Assembly: GCA_965223265.1 (NCBI GenBank) | Contig: OZ244999.1 | Location: forward strand, 6,944,001-7,008,000 | Origin: Planctomycetota bacterium | GTDB lineage: Bacteria > Planctomycetota > UBA8108 > SXIK01 | DNA: 64,000 nucleotides | Reading direction: 5' to 3' | Part shown: positions 10,023 through 20,297 of the stretch, piece after piece | Layout: each line of letters starts with the position of its first letter | How positions within the stretch are numbered: the stretch's first letter is position 1 | Position numbers and translations under genes: made by a program | Notes under the pieces: model-generated | Databases searched by the model: none | Told to the model about the DNA's origin: nothing | Seen by the model: the letters and a program-made list of their open reading frames with translations, nothing else

Positions 10023-10724
10023 ATGAGCTCTGATCAGACGACATCCGGTGTACTGACACGCGTGGCGCAGCTCGACGTCGCGCTCAAGGCCGAGTTGTCC
10101 TCGCGCGCCCGAGCAATCAGAACGGCACGAACTGTGTCGATCGTTCTCAGTGGCACGATTCTCTTTTTCGTCGCCGTCAACTTCGCCCATTTGCGATCGA
10201 GTCTGACTGAAGAGAATTTCAAAGTCAGTATCGAGAACGAGATGCGGGAGTTCAGCCCCTTCGCGCTGCACGAAGTCTCCGGCTTAGCCGAAGCACTATT
10301 GCCGGTCTACGCCCAGGAGAGTCAAAAACAACTCGCGGCCATGCTGCCTGAAATCGCCGCCACCGTCGAGAGGGAGATCGACCTGCTGTGTAACGATGTG
10401 TTGAGCACGACACAGACACGTCTCCAGCAGAGCCAGGATCGAATCGTTGCTAAGACGCAAGAAGCAACGTTCGCAGCTTATCCTTCACTCAAAGATGAAG
10501 CTGAACGGACAAAGCTCGAAAGGCGCCTGCGTGAGATAACAGATCGGGCCGCACTACGATCGATTACCGAATTCGATCGTCTCTTCTCTAAAGACGTCGA
10601 CGAGGTCAGACGGATGCTCCTCGAGTTCGACGTCAGCGACACCAACGAAACAGCGTTTGATCTGCGGAAAAAATTTCTCAGACTCACCCTGCAACTCCTC
10701 GATCAGGAGATCGAAGAACTATGA
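10023..10724 (+). CDS. Hypothetical membrane-anchored alpha-helical protein
   Basis: Start moved to ATG 10023 (GAGGAG RBS). One TM segment followed by a long amphipathic helical region; ATGA overlap with the next gene. Confidence 0.75.
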   Translation: MSSDQTTSGVLTRVAQLDVALKAELSSRARAIRTARTVSIVLSGTILFFVAVNFAHLRSSLTEENFKVSIENEMREFSPFALHEVSGLAEALLPVYAQESQKQLAAMLPEIAATVEREIDLLCNDVLSTTQTRLQQSQDRIVAKTQEATFAAYPSLKDEAERTKLERRLREITDRAALRSITEFDRLFSKDVDEVRRMLLEFDVSDTNETAFDLRKKFLRLTLQLLDQEIEEL

Positions 10725-11440
10725 AATCCTCTTCGAACCAACCCGACCAATACGTCGGAGTCATCACTCGCCTAGAGACCCTACGCGAAGAGATCGAGAG
10801 CTCGACAGGCAGAAACCGCAGAAGGCAGCGGGCTTTCCTGATCGCCGGCGTAGTACTGATCGCACTGTCAATGGTCGGACTCGGCAGTTTGACCTCGAAG
10901 ACTATGCAGCTCGACGCTCACGCTGTCGCTCAGCTCGGACGACAGCAACTCGAGCTTCACATGCCAGGCGAAGTGGACAGTCTCGAACGGTATCTAGCTT
11001 CAAACGCACCGACCCTTGTCTCGAGCTTCTTTCGCTCCGCGCTACGACTCGTGCCACAGCTCCGCACCTCGCTCGTCCGTGATCTGGACGAGCGCAGCGA
11101 GAAGCTCACAGCGGTGTACGAAGCAAAGTTCGAAAAACTGATGCTCGACGTCGTGCAGCAAAGCAAAGCGACCGTCGACGCTCTCGGCGCGGACCGTACC
11201 GACGCCGAAAAGTTGGAGATGCTCGTCGCTCATGTGGGCGAAGAATTCCGCAAAGCCTCTACAGTCGCCTTCAATGAGCTCTACCCGGAGTACACGCGCG
11301 AGTTCGATCGCGTCAAGGAGTTCCTGCGTGGACTTCAGAACAAGGACGTCAACGAGCTGAGCAAGCGAGAGCGGCTCCAAAAGGAACTCATCGAGACGCT
11401 GCTGCGCCTGATGATCGTCGAGGGTGTGAAGACGCACTAA
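10721..11440 (+). CDS. Hypothetical membrane-anchored alpha-helical protein
   Basis: Translationally coupled to the previous gene; same layout (basic stretch, TM, helical body). Confidence 0.75.
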   Translation: MKSSSNQPDQYVGVITRLETLREEIESSTGRNRRRQRAFLIAGVVLIALSMVGLGSLTSKTMQLDAHAVAQLGRQQLELHMPGEVDSLERYLASNAPTLVSSFFRSALRLVPQLRTSLVRDLDERSEKLTAVYEAKFEKLMLDVVQQSKATVDALGADRTDAEKLEMLVAHVGEEFRKASTVAFNELYPEYTREFDRVKEFLRGLQNKDVNELSKRERLQKELIETLLRLMIVEGVKTH

Positions 11441-11771
11441 AGAGACCACGCCCGCACGCAAGGCGACGAACGGCAGCGGCGCCGAATAGCGCCACCGCTG
11501 TTCGCCGTTCTTCGTTCCGGCGAAGGGCGAAAGAACCGAACGTAAATCTTGCACCTCCGCCCGCACCGGACTTGGCGCCGAACTGCGGCGTGCTACAATT
11601 GACGCTCGGGTCCGACTAGGCGCGCTGTTCTCTACAAACGATTGGTCTGTTGAAGACCTGAGCTCGAACATCGCCGTTCGAGTGGTGACAGCGCCGCCAG
11701 GGCGGGCAACTTGACGCAGTTTTTCGGGTCGCCTCCTTCCTCCGAAGACATTCTTCGCATCACTCTATCGC

Positions 11772-14015
11772 ATGACAGCGCGTGCAGTTCGCTCACGGCG
11801 ATTCCTTCACCAATGCTTCTGGGTCTCCCTGACCGTTGTCTTGGTAGCGACATCATCCCTACGCGCTGACTTCCTGCGCGGTGACGTTGACCAAGATGGG
11901 CGAATCAGCGTCGGTGATGCGGTCGCCACGATTCTCTACCTCTTCGATGCCCGGACTGCACCGACCTGCGAGGATGCTGCCGACTCGAACGACGACGGCA
12001 TCATCGATTTGACCGATCCTTTGTTTGTCTTGCGCGGTCTGTTTTCGTCGCCAAGCGACGGTATCTCGCCCTTTCTCTTCGGACCCGATCTCACGTGTGA
12101 CGAACTTGGATGCGCCAGCGCCCCGAGCGGATCAGCAGCCATCGTGATCAACGAAATCCAGTACAACCCGAACGGTGTCAATCTCTTTCCACCGCCCGGA
12201 GAGAACGCTGAATTCGTCGAACTTTTCAATCGGAGTAACCTCGCCGCTGACCTCAGCGAATACAGCTTCACTGAAGGGATTCGTTTCACTTTCCCTAGCG
12301 GTCAAACCCTCGGGCCAGGTGAATTCTTGGTGCTCGCCAAGGATCCGGAAGACCGTTTCTGGCGTGGCCACGACCTCCCCCGAGTCGGGCCGTACGAAGG
12401 CACACTCGCCAACGGTGGTGAGCGCTTGACTCTCGTGCAGGGCGATTGCGTCGTCGAGACGCTGCGCTACGACGACCGACCACCGTGGCCGATCGGCGCC
12501 GACGGATACGGCCGTTCTCTCGAGCGTGTCGCAACTGAGGTTCCCGGCGAGGACTTTCACGCCTGGCGCACTTCGATCATCAACGGGGGCACACCCGGTG
12601 AACCCAACTCGACAGCGGGGACCCCGGCGCGACCGCTCATCTCCGGAGTCTCGATCACACCGAGACGACCGACCTCGTCCGAACCGGTGACCGTGCGGGT
12701 GCAACTCGACGTCGGCCGTGAGGAAGTGCGAAGTGTCACCATACGCTGGACCGCATGGCGCGCCGAGGAAAGTCTGCTCTCGACTGCGGCGATGCACGAA
12801 GTGGGGGCGCAAGTCGGCATGACGGAGTACGAAGCCGTGTTGCCTCCACAGCCCAACGAGTCCATGGTACGGTTCAACCTCGACGTTGAGACGGCCGCAG
12901 GCGTGAGCGTCCTGCTACCGCCACCAAGCGATCAACATCCGCTGCTCAGCTACTTCGTCTACGACGGCACGGTCACGACGAATCTCCGCGCAATCTGGCT
13001 GTTCGGACCGGATAGCTCCATGCTGCTCCCGAACAGCGAGCGCGACTACAGCGGTGCGGTCATTCAGGCACCGGGAAGCCCTCCCGAAAACTTCGACGGA
13101 GCTCTCGTCCGCCGCTCGGGTAACGGAAAGAAGGTTACATTCCTCAAGGGCGCCGAATACCAGGGCAACCGAACGATCAACATCATCCTCGAGAGTACGA
13201 CCGAGGCTGAATTCCTTGGCTTCTCCCTCTATCACGCAGCCCAAGCCTTAGCGCCGTGGGTTGACTGGTTTCGCGTCATCGACCGCAGCGCGCGCCGCGA
13301 CCAAAACTTTCCGCGCCTGGTGATCGAACAGGTCAACGAGAGTTTTCTGCGGCGTAGCGGACTCGACGACGATGGTGATCTCTACAAGCTAGACAAGGGG
13401 AGCTTCTCGAAAAAAACAAACTTCGAAACTCGTAACTCTTCGTTGAACGAACTTCTGGATGGCCTGCGATCATCGGATCCCGCTGTCGTACGCCAGACGG
13501 TACTCTCTCGCCTCGATCTCGACGACGTCGCGCTCGTTTCGGCGATCGGTGTATTCATGAGCAACTGGGACGGATTCGACAACAATCAGTTCCTCTACTG
13601 GGATCTCGATCCGATCTCACGCTGGCGTTTGATTCCATGGGATCTCGACGGCGGTTTCGGCTGCGCCGATTTTCCGCTCTCCTACCCACTCGACGCCGTG
13701 CCGGGAACAGGATGCGAGTCCCGACCTCTCGGCCCGATCATCTTTCCTTTTCACACGCAGCCTGACCTGCACGCCGGCTACGTCGACTTGCTCGGCCGTC
13801 TGATCGCCGCCGACGGTCCGCTGCACGTGTCGCGCCTCTTAGCGATCGTCGACGACGCAGCGACAGCTCTGCGGGAAGATGTGCTGCTGATCCCAGAGGC
13901 TGAGCTGCGCGGCCCACGCGACATCATTCTGAGCGGCTTTGAGCAGTCATTTGACGCTTTGCGCCGCTTTCTTCCCGCGCGCGCCGCGTTTCTCGAGGAT
14001 GCAACAGCGCGCTGA
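11772..14015 (+). CDS. Secreted dockerin / lamin-tail domain / CotH kinase family protein
   Basis: Signal peptide; N-terminal dockerin FLRGDVDQDG...CEDAADSNDDG; LTD IVINEIQYNP..EFVELFN; CotH motifs IEQVNE, GDLYK, SNWDGFDNN, LIPWDLD. Confidence 0.85.
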   Translation: MTARAVRSRRFLHQCFWVSLTVVLVATSSLRADFLRGDVDQDGRISVGDAVATILYLFDARTAPTCEDAADSNDDGIIDLTDPLFVLRGLFSSPSDGISPFLFGPDLTCDELGCASAPSGSAAIVINEIQYNPNGVNLFPPPGENAEFVELFNRSNLAADLSEYSFTEGIRFTFPSGQTLGPGEFLVLAKDPEDRFWRGHDLPRVGPYEGTLANGGERLTLVQGDCVVETLRYDDRPPWPIGADGYGRSLERVATEVPGEDFHAWRTSIINGGTPGEPNSTAGTPARPLISGVSITPRRPTSSEPVTVRVQLDVGREEVRSVTIRWTAWRAEESLLSTAAMHEVGAQVGMTEYEAVLPPQPNESMVRFNLDVETAAGVSVLLPPPSDQHPLLSYFVYDGTVTTNLRAIWLFGPDSSMLLPNSERDYSGAVIQAPGSPPENFDGALVRRSGNGKKVTFLKGAEYQGNRTINIILESTTEAEFLGFSLYHAAQALAPWVDWFRVIDRSARRDQNFPRLVIEQVNESFLRRSGLDDDGDLYKLDKGSFSKKTNFETRNSSLNELLDGLRSSDPAVVRQTVLSRLDLDDVALVSAIGVFMSNWDGFDNNQFLYWDLDPISRWRLIPWDLDGGFGCADFPLSYPLDAVPGTGCESRPLGPIIFPFHTQPDLHAGYVDLLGRLIAADGPLHVSRLLAIVDDAATALREDVLLIPEAELRGPRDIILSGFEQSFDALRRFLPARAAFLEDATAR

Positions 14016-14051
14016 AAGGACACTCACGACGCGCTCGGCGACGCCCCCCCC

Positions 14052-14762
14052 TCACTTTGCCGAACGGAACGTTCCTCGATGAGTGCGGGCCAGATCGCGC
14101 ATGAATTCCACGTCGCCGCCCTGTTGCTTCTCTCCGACGAGAATGGTGTGGAGCCGCATGCGCCCGCCTGGGTTGGCCACTCGCGTGCGCTGCAGCATCC
14201 CCCGCATAACTCCTTCCCGGTTCATCTCCGGTGCCCCACATTGTGTCGGCCGTCCATCGCCAGCTACGATGACGGCGCGGTGGGAACGCGCTGACTTGCT
14301 CAGAATCTTGAACGACTTCATAACGGCACGTTCCATGCAAGTTTGCCGGTCGAGATCGTGCGAGTTCAGGAACGCGACAGCCGCTTGTTTGTTCTCGGTG
14401 CTGGCCCGAACAAGGACTGAGCGAAAGGCAGCAACGCTCCCATGGTAGAGAACAAGACCAAACTCGGCGCCTTGACTCAGCTCATTGATCGCTTGCGTCA
14501 CCTCGCGTTTCTGAACTTCCCAGCGGTTTGCTTTCTTCATGCTGTTCGAAGCGTCGAGGCAGAAGACGACCGCGTTCGCCTTGTAGCTCTCACCGTAGAA
14601 CGTGATGACCTCGACGATCTCTTCGTCCTCCTCCCCGGAGGCGGCACCGGCGTTGTAAGGCAAGTCGAGGTTAGAGCGCAGACCGGTTTCGCCGGTGAGT
14701 GACGCCGGCTCTGCGAAGAGCAGGAACAGAAAAAAGGGCGAAAGAGCGATGACACGCTTCAT
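14052..14762 (-). CDS. Secreted von Willebrand factor A domain protein
   Basis: Start moved to ATG 14762 (AGGAG). Signal peptide; MIDAS VVFCLDASNSM; VIVAGDGRPT. Confidence 0.8.
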   Translation of the reverse strand: MKRVIALSPFFLFLLFAEPASLTGETGLRSNLDLPYNAGAASGEEDEEIVEVITFYGESYKANAVVFCLDASNSMKKANRWEVQKREVTQAINELSQGAEFGLVLYHGSVAAFRSVLVRASTENKQAAVAFLNSHDLDRQTCMERAVMKSFKILSKSARSHRAVIVAGDGRPTQCGAPEMNREGVMRGMLQRTRVANPGGRMRLHTILVGEKQQGGDVEFMRDLARTHRGTFRSAK

Positions 14763-14934
14763 ACCGGCTGCTCCTGAAGGACGAAGGAGACATGAGCGGG
14801 GCGGTCGCTTCACACGGTACCTCCCTCACGCCCGCGCATCCACTCGGGAGCTCCCGACTCCAAATCGCACGACGGGAACCGCTGCTCTGCCGAGCACTGC
14901 CAAATTGACAGTCGATGGCCAGGTCGGCAGACAG

Positions 14935-15010
14935 ATGGGGCATACAGATAAGACATAAAGATATGTTATAAATGTATTTAGGTATTTGGCACAGGGAGTG
15001 CATTAAGAAG
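14935..15010. promoter_or_regulatory. AT-rich island between divergent vWA and lon genes, probable promoter region
   Basis: Sharply AT-rich tract (ATAAAGATATGTTATAAATGTATTTAGGTATTT) in a GC-rich background; exact boxes not assignable. Confidence 0.45.
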
Positions 15011-15064
15011 CAGAGAAGAAGTGTGAAGACCCCCCTCCAGCAACCTCGAGAGAGGTGACCCAAC

Positions 15065-17428
15065 ATGTCATCGAACAACTCCCTCCCGCTCCTGCCGGTC
15101 AAAGGCACTGTGCTCTACCCCCAGGTCGTCCAGCCAATCGCCGTGGGCCGTGAATTCTCGCTTGCCGCCGTCGATGAGGCGCTAGCGAGTGAGACGAACG
15201 AAGTTTTCGTCGTCGCCCAACGCTCACCGAAAGACGATGAGCCGTCACTCAATGACCTCTACACCATCGGAACCCGAGCGGTGATCAAACGCGCGGCAAA
15301 GCTCTCGGAGCGCCACGTGCAGCTCGTGATCGAAGGCAAGGACCGTTGTCGCTTGCTCCGCGTTGAGAGCGTTGAAAACGAAAACAAGGTGGCGGTGCTG
15401 CACGGCGTTGTCGAACCGCGACCGATTTCGCAAGACGGTGGCACGCGCGTCGAGGCGCTGTTCCTGGAAGTCAAGAAACTCGTCACGCGGCTTCTGGAGC
15501 TGACGACACCCGAGTCCGCGGAGGTCCTGAATCAACTCCGCTTGAGCCCGGAATCGCCAATTCGCTCGGCGTACGGAGTCGCATCGATGATGGGTTTGAC
15601 GCTGGAGCAAGAACAAGAACTGCTCGAAGCGTCGACGGTTACAGAGGTCCTGACGCTTGTCCATTCCCACCTAACACACGAGGTCAACGTTCACGAGCTG
15701 CGTGCAAAGATCGCCTCTGATGCGTCGAGCGAGCTCAGCCGTGCGCAGCGAGAACACATCCTTCGCGAGCAACTTCGAGCGATCCATAAGGAACTCGGAG
15801 AAGGCGACGACGGCCAATCAGAAATCGACGAGCTGCGAAAACGCTTCGACGAGCTGAAGCTACCGAAACGAGTAAGAGAGGAAGTCGACCGCGAGCTGAA
15901 GCGCTTTGAGTCGCTCCCATCGTCGTCCCCAGAACACAACGTCGTGCGCAACTACCTGGAATTCGTCTTGGACTTGCCGTGGACGCAGTCGACTCGCGCA
16001 CGCCTTGACACGGAGGCCGCGCGCAACGTGCTCGATGCGGACCACTATGGTCTCGACGAGGTCAAACAAAGGATTCTCGAACACCTCGCCGTACTGAAAC
16101 TGAATCCGAAGGCCAAAGCTCCGATTTTGTGCTTCGTCGGCCCGCCGGGTGTCGGCAAGACCTCGCTCGGACAGTCGATCGCCCGCGCGCTGCACCGTAA
16201 ATTCGAGCGCCTCAGCCTCGGCGGCCTCCACGACGAAGCGGAGCTGCGTGGCCACCGGCGCACCTACATCGGCGCCATGCCGGGCCGTATTCTGCAGGCC
16301 ATGCGGCGCGCGGCCGTAAAAAACCCGGTCATCATGCTGGACGAAGTCGACAAAGTCGGACGCGACTTCCGAGGCGACCCTGCCGCTGCTCTTCTGGAAA
16401 TCCTCGACCCTGAGCAGAACAAGGAGTTTCGCGACAACTACCTCGAACTGCCATTCGACCTTTCGAAAACTTTGTTCGTCGCCACAGCCAATTCGCTGGA
16501 AACGATTCCAGAACCTCTCCTTGATCGTCTCGAGATCACTCGGATCGCGGGGTACAGCCGCGAAGAGAAAACCGAGATCGCCAAGCGCTACCTGGTGCCG
16601 CGGCAAATCACGGAAGCGGGATTGACTGCAGAGCAGTGCACGATTCCCGACGCCACTCTACCGCTGATCATCTCCAGCTATACCCGGGAAGCGGGTGTGC
16701 GACAGCTCAACCGCGTGCTCGGAAAACTCGTGCGGCGGGTGGCTCTCAAGGTCGTTGAGGAATCGAGCCCCGATGCCCTGGAGATCGGCGCCGAAAACCT
16801 TACAGACTACCTCGGCCCAGAAAAGTTCATGAAGGAGCGCCCTCGCAAGGAGATGCTCCCGGGGGTCGCTGTCGGTCTCGCCTGGACGGCGACCGGGGGA
16901 GAAGTGCTCAACGTCGAAGCGACACTTCTGCCGGAAGGCAGTGGACTCACGCTCACCGGGCAACTGGGCGACGTCATGCGCGAGTCGGCACAGGCGGCGC
17001 GCAGCTTCGTCTGGTCGCACGCCGAGGAGCTCGGCATCAACGTGAAGCTATTCAAAGGCGCAGGCGTCCACGTCCACGTCCCGGCCGGCGCCATCCCGAA
17101 GGACGGACCGTCGGCGGGGATCACCATGGCTACGGCGCTGGCCTCCCTCTACAGCTCCCGCCCGATGCGAAGGGACACGGCGATGACTGGCGAGGTGACA
17201 TTGACTGGACTTGTTCTGCCCGTAGGAGGCATCAAGGAAAAGGTGCTCGGTGGCCAACGCGCCGGAATCAAACGGTTCATCCTGCCACGCGACAACGCCT
17301 CTGATCTCAAGGAGCTTCCCGAAGAGGTCCGAGCCGGCGTCGAATTCATTCAGGTCGAGAACATGGACGAAGTCTTGCGCGCGGCGCTTCACTCCAAACC
17401 CTGCAACGCCCGACGCGCGAGTGCGTGA
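15065..17428 (+). CDS. lon: ATP-dependent Lon protease
   Basis: LON N-domain; Walker A GPPGVGKT; Walker B IMLDEVD; catalytic PKDGPSAG and GGIKEK. Confidence 0.97.
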   Translation: MSSNNSLPLLPVKGTVLYPQVVQPIAVGREFSLAAVDEALASETNEVFVVAQRSPKDDEPSLNDLYTIGTRAVIKRAAKLSERHVQLVIEGKDRCRLLRVESVENENKVAVLHGVVEPRPISQDGGTRVEALFLEVKKLVTRLLELTTPESAEVLNQLRLSPESPIRSAYGVASMMGLTLEQEQELLEASTVTEVLTLVHSHLTHEVNVHELRAKIASDASSELSRAQREHILREQLRAIHKELGEGDDGQSEIDELRKRFDELKLPKRVREEVDRELKRFESLPSSSPEHNVVRNYLEFVLDLPWTQSTRARLDTEAARNVLDADHYGLDEVKQRILEHLAVLKLNPKAKAPILCFVGPPGVGKTSLGQSIARALHRKFERLSLGGLHDEAELRGHRRTYIGAMPGRILQAMRRAAVKNPVIMLDEVDKVGRDFRGDPAAALLEILDPEQNKEFRDNYLELPFDLSKTLFVATANSLETIPEPLLDRLEITRIAGYSREEKTEIAKRYLVPRQITEAGLTAEQCTIPDATLPLIISSYTREAGVRQLNRVLGKLVRRVALKVVEESSPDALEIGAENLTDYLGPEKFMKERPRKEMLPGVAVGLAWTATGGEVLNVEATLLPEGSGLTLTGQLGDVMRESAQAARSFVWSHAEELGINVKLFKGAGVHVHVPAGAIPKDGPSAGITMATALASLYSSRPMRRDTAMTGEVTLTGLVLPVGGIKEKVLGGQRAGIKRFILPRDNASDLKELPEEVRAGVEFIQVENMDEVLRAALHSKPCNARRASA

Positions 17429-17475
17429 TGCGCGCGGAGCGGATCGACAGCTGAGAGGGGAGTAGGCTCACGGCT

Positions 17476-17745
17476 GTGGGCGTGTGCGTGGGCGTGGGCG
17501 TGGGCGTGGGGCCTCTTCAACGTAGCAGGCACACGCCGTGTGCCGTTCTGGACGTGACCGTCGGCCGTGACTGTGACCGCGCGCCACGACCGCTCGTTCT
17601 CAAAAACTCACAGCCTCTCCGTGTGCTGTCCGGCCTTGCCGGCGTGGCGTAGGCGGCCCGTCTCCGTCTCTGGATCCGTATCTGCTTCTGGTGCTGCCTC
17701 TGCCTCTGCTTCTGAATCTGCTTCTGAATCTGTGTCTGTATCCGC
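17476..17745 (-). repeat. Single composite REP/hexamer module (inverted relative to the 31.4-33.0 kb array)
   Basis: (GTGGGC)n tract; GTAG-CAGGCACAC-GCC-GTGTGCC hairpin at 17522; 48-bp block 17653-17700 matches the reverse complement of 31398-31445 with one mismatch. Confidence 0.85.
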
Positions 17746-17864
17746 AACCCCTTGCGTTCCGATCAGGCAACGCCCGTGAGCGTAAACGATCGCGTCGGCG
17801 TGGGCGTACCCGTACTCCCCTCTATACTCTGTGCGTCTCCGACTCTACCCGCCCCTCGAACCCT

Positions 17865-20228
17865 TCAGGGTTCCCCGAGCGCCGCCTCTAGGAAAGCGAT
17901 CCTTTGGCTGACGTACTGCCGAAGCGCCGCATACGTGCTGCGAATGTTCCCGCGACGCACATCACGAGGTTCGCCGATGAACTGCTCTTGAAGGTCGAGG
18001 TCAGCCAGTAAGAGATCTTCGATCACGCGAATCCGCTCCTCCATAGCGTCGACCGTAAAGAGTCCGCCGGGTGCGATCAACTCTCGCAAGAGATTTCGAT
18101 ATGCCGCGTCGAGATCGGGCTGCGAATGATACGGACGAGAGATCGGTCCTGGCTCACGGCTGCCCCCGAAGATCCCGCCGTCGAGTGGCTGTCCGTCGAG
18201 CGGCCAGGTCAGAGGCAAGTCGACGACGCTGGTTTGAAAAACCTGATCGAGGTCCCAAGGAATCAAGGCGAACTTGTCGCCGTCCGGTGCGTGCTCGTAG
18301 ACGTACATGTTGTTGTGAAAGCCATCCCAGTTGCCGATCAGAATACCGATCGCGGAGTAGAGACCGACGCTTTCAAGGTTGAAGTGTTCGAAGACGAGCG
18401 CCCGCCGCTCCTCTTCGCTACCAGAGCGCAAGTTCCGAATGACGAGAAAGAAGTCTGCCAAACCTGTCTCGAGATTCGTTCGCTTTGCGAAGTCACTTTT
18501 GTCCAGCTTGTAGAGATCGCCCTCCTCATTAAAGCCATTCATGGCGAGAAAACGCTCGTTGACCTGCTGGATAACGAGAGACTGCGTGTGGCGACTCGCT
18601 TCGGATGCACCGAAGTCGATGAGCCTAAAGAACTCGGTGCGTGGTGATGGAACGCCCAATTCACGGAAGACACGCATACCGAGCTCCTCCATGTGCGTCG
18701 CAGCGACCCCAGATCCTCCGCCACCGAGCTCGGGAATGATGTTGATCGTGCGATCGCCTCTGTACTCGCGCCCCTTGAGGAACTTCAACTTTTGCCCGTT
18801 CGTGATCGTACGGATCCGTGACTGAGCGCGCGGAAACGCTAGTGCCGTGCGACTACCGACGTCGAGCGCCGCCGCGCCGCTGGCATCCGCTCGCGATCCC
18901 TCACCGACGAGCGCAGTCTCTCGACGAGGAAACATCCAGAGGAGCGGCAACTCGTGTGGAATGTCATAGTCAAAGACGAAAAAGCCAAAGAAGGGAGAAG
19001 GCTCACCAACCGCAGGCAGTAGCGTTGACGTTCCCGTCGCCAGCATGATCTGGAAGTTGTAGACCACCAGCGTCTGAGAAGGTTGCGGCGGCACTATCGC
19101 CGACAGCACCGTGCGCTCGGGGCTCTCTGAGTCGATGGACGCTCGCATCTCGATGCTCGCCATGGGCGAGACCTCGGCTTGGACACCCTCCCACCGCAAG
19201 ATACCGAGGGTCAGATCGCGGAGCGGAATATCGATCGTCAATTCGACCGTAACAGCATCCGCCGAGGTCGGTGCCGCAGGCGTCGCCCGCTGAGAGACAA
19301 TCAGCGGATAGAGCGGCGTCCCTCTCGTGGAGTTCACCTCGCCGGGGGTCGTTCGATGCAGCGTCGAGGCGCGCCAGTTGTGGGGATCGTCCGCTGCGGC
19401 CAGAGGCTCGAGCCGTTCAAGACTCGAGCCGTATCCATCGGCGCCGAGTGGCCACGGCGCCCGATCGTCGTACGCAACGCTCTCCGCGACGCACTCGTCG
19501 TTGGTAAGCGTCAGTCGCTCACCGCTGTCTCGCAACCCACCGTCATAGGGACCGAGAACAGGAACCGGGGAACGCCGCAAACGGCGAGGGTCGCGCGCCA
19601 CAACGATGCGTTCGCCTGGAGGTAGCAGCGTGCCCTCCGGGAAGGCGAAGGCAATGCCGTTCGTGAATCGATAGGTGCTGAGATCGAGTCCCCATGGTGT
19701 CCGGTTGAGGAGCTCAACGAACTCAGCGAGATCGTTCGTCGCGTCATTGTAGTGAATCTCGCTGATGACGACGGCGGGGCTGACGCTCGGGCTATCCCCG
19801 CAATCAAGACTGTCGCACGTCGGATCCGGTCCTGAAGTCGCAGCCGATGGCGCCGGGATCGCCCCACCACCAAATAAGAACTCGAGGATCGTGGTGGCGT
19901 CCGCGAGATTCAGTTCACCGTCGTCATCGGCATCAGCCGCGTCGAGGCAGGCGAAGTCCCCGCCCGAGCGAAACTGGACCATGAGATGGAATATCGCATC
20001 TGAGATGTTGACCGCGTTGTCACGGTTGACGTCGCCGCGGCGGAAATCTGCGCGCACCTCAGCGCGTGTCCAAAAGATGGAAACCACAACGCACGCGAAG
20101 GCAAGAGTCTTAGCAAGACGGCAAGAGTACGACTTGGCGACAGACATTGAGGCAGCGTCCAGGTGTGAGCGACGTCGACGAACGACTGAACCCCGAGTGT
20201 AAACGTCAAGGGTCGTGCCGTCGAGCAC
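17865..20228 (-). CDS. Secreted dockerin / lamin-tail domain / CotH kinase family protein
   Basis: Paralogue of 11772: FRRGDVNRDN...CLDAADADDDG, VVISEIHYN, GDLYKLDK, GNWDGFHNN, LIPWDLD. True start is probably somewhat downstream of the ORF start. Confidence 0.85.
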   Translation of the reverse strand: MLDGTTLDVYTRGSVVRRRRSHLDAASMSVAKSYSCRLAKTLAFACVVVSIFWTRAEVRADFRRGDVNRDNAVNISDAIFHLMVQFRSGGDFACLDAADADDDGELNLADATTILEFLFGGGAIPAPSAATSGPDPTCDSLDCGDSPSVSPAVVISEIHYNDATNDLAEFVELLNRTPWGLDLSTYRFTNGIAFAFPEGTLLPPGERIVVARDPRRLRRSPVPVLGPYDGGLRDSGERLTLTNDECVAESVAYDDRAPWPLGADGYGSSLERLEPLAAADDPHNWRASTLHRTTPGEVNSTRGTPLYPLIVSQRATPAAPTSADAVTVELTIDIPLRDLTLGILRWEGVQAEVSPMASIEMRASIDSESPERTVLSAIVPPQPSQTLVVYNFQIMLATGTSTLLPAVGEPSPFFGFFVFDYDIPHELPLLWMFPRRETALVGEGSRADASGAAALDVGSRTALAFPRAQSRIRTITNGQKLKFLKGREYRGDRTINIIPELGGGGSGVAATHMEELGMRVFRELGVPSPRTEFFRLIDFGASEASRHTQSLVIQQVNERFLAMNGFNEEGDLYKLDKSDFAKRTNLETGLADFFLVIRNLRSGSEEERRALVFEHFNLESVGLYSAIGILIGNWDGFHNNMYVYEHAPDGDKFALIPWDLDQVFQTSVVDLPLTWPLDGQPLDGGIFGGSREPGPISRPYHSQPDLDAAYRNLLRELIAPGGLFTVDAMEERIRVIEDLLLADLDLQEQFIGEPRDVRRGNIRSTYAALRQYVSQRIAFLEAALGEP

Positions 20229-20297
20229 TGCGCACCTTTGCTCCTCCCGCCGCCTGCCCGCAGACTCGCGATGTGGGAAGCCGCTGAGGCGCCCGAC

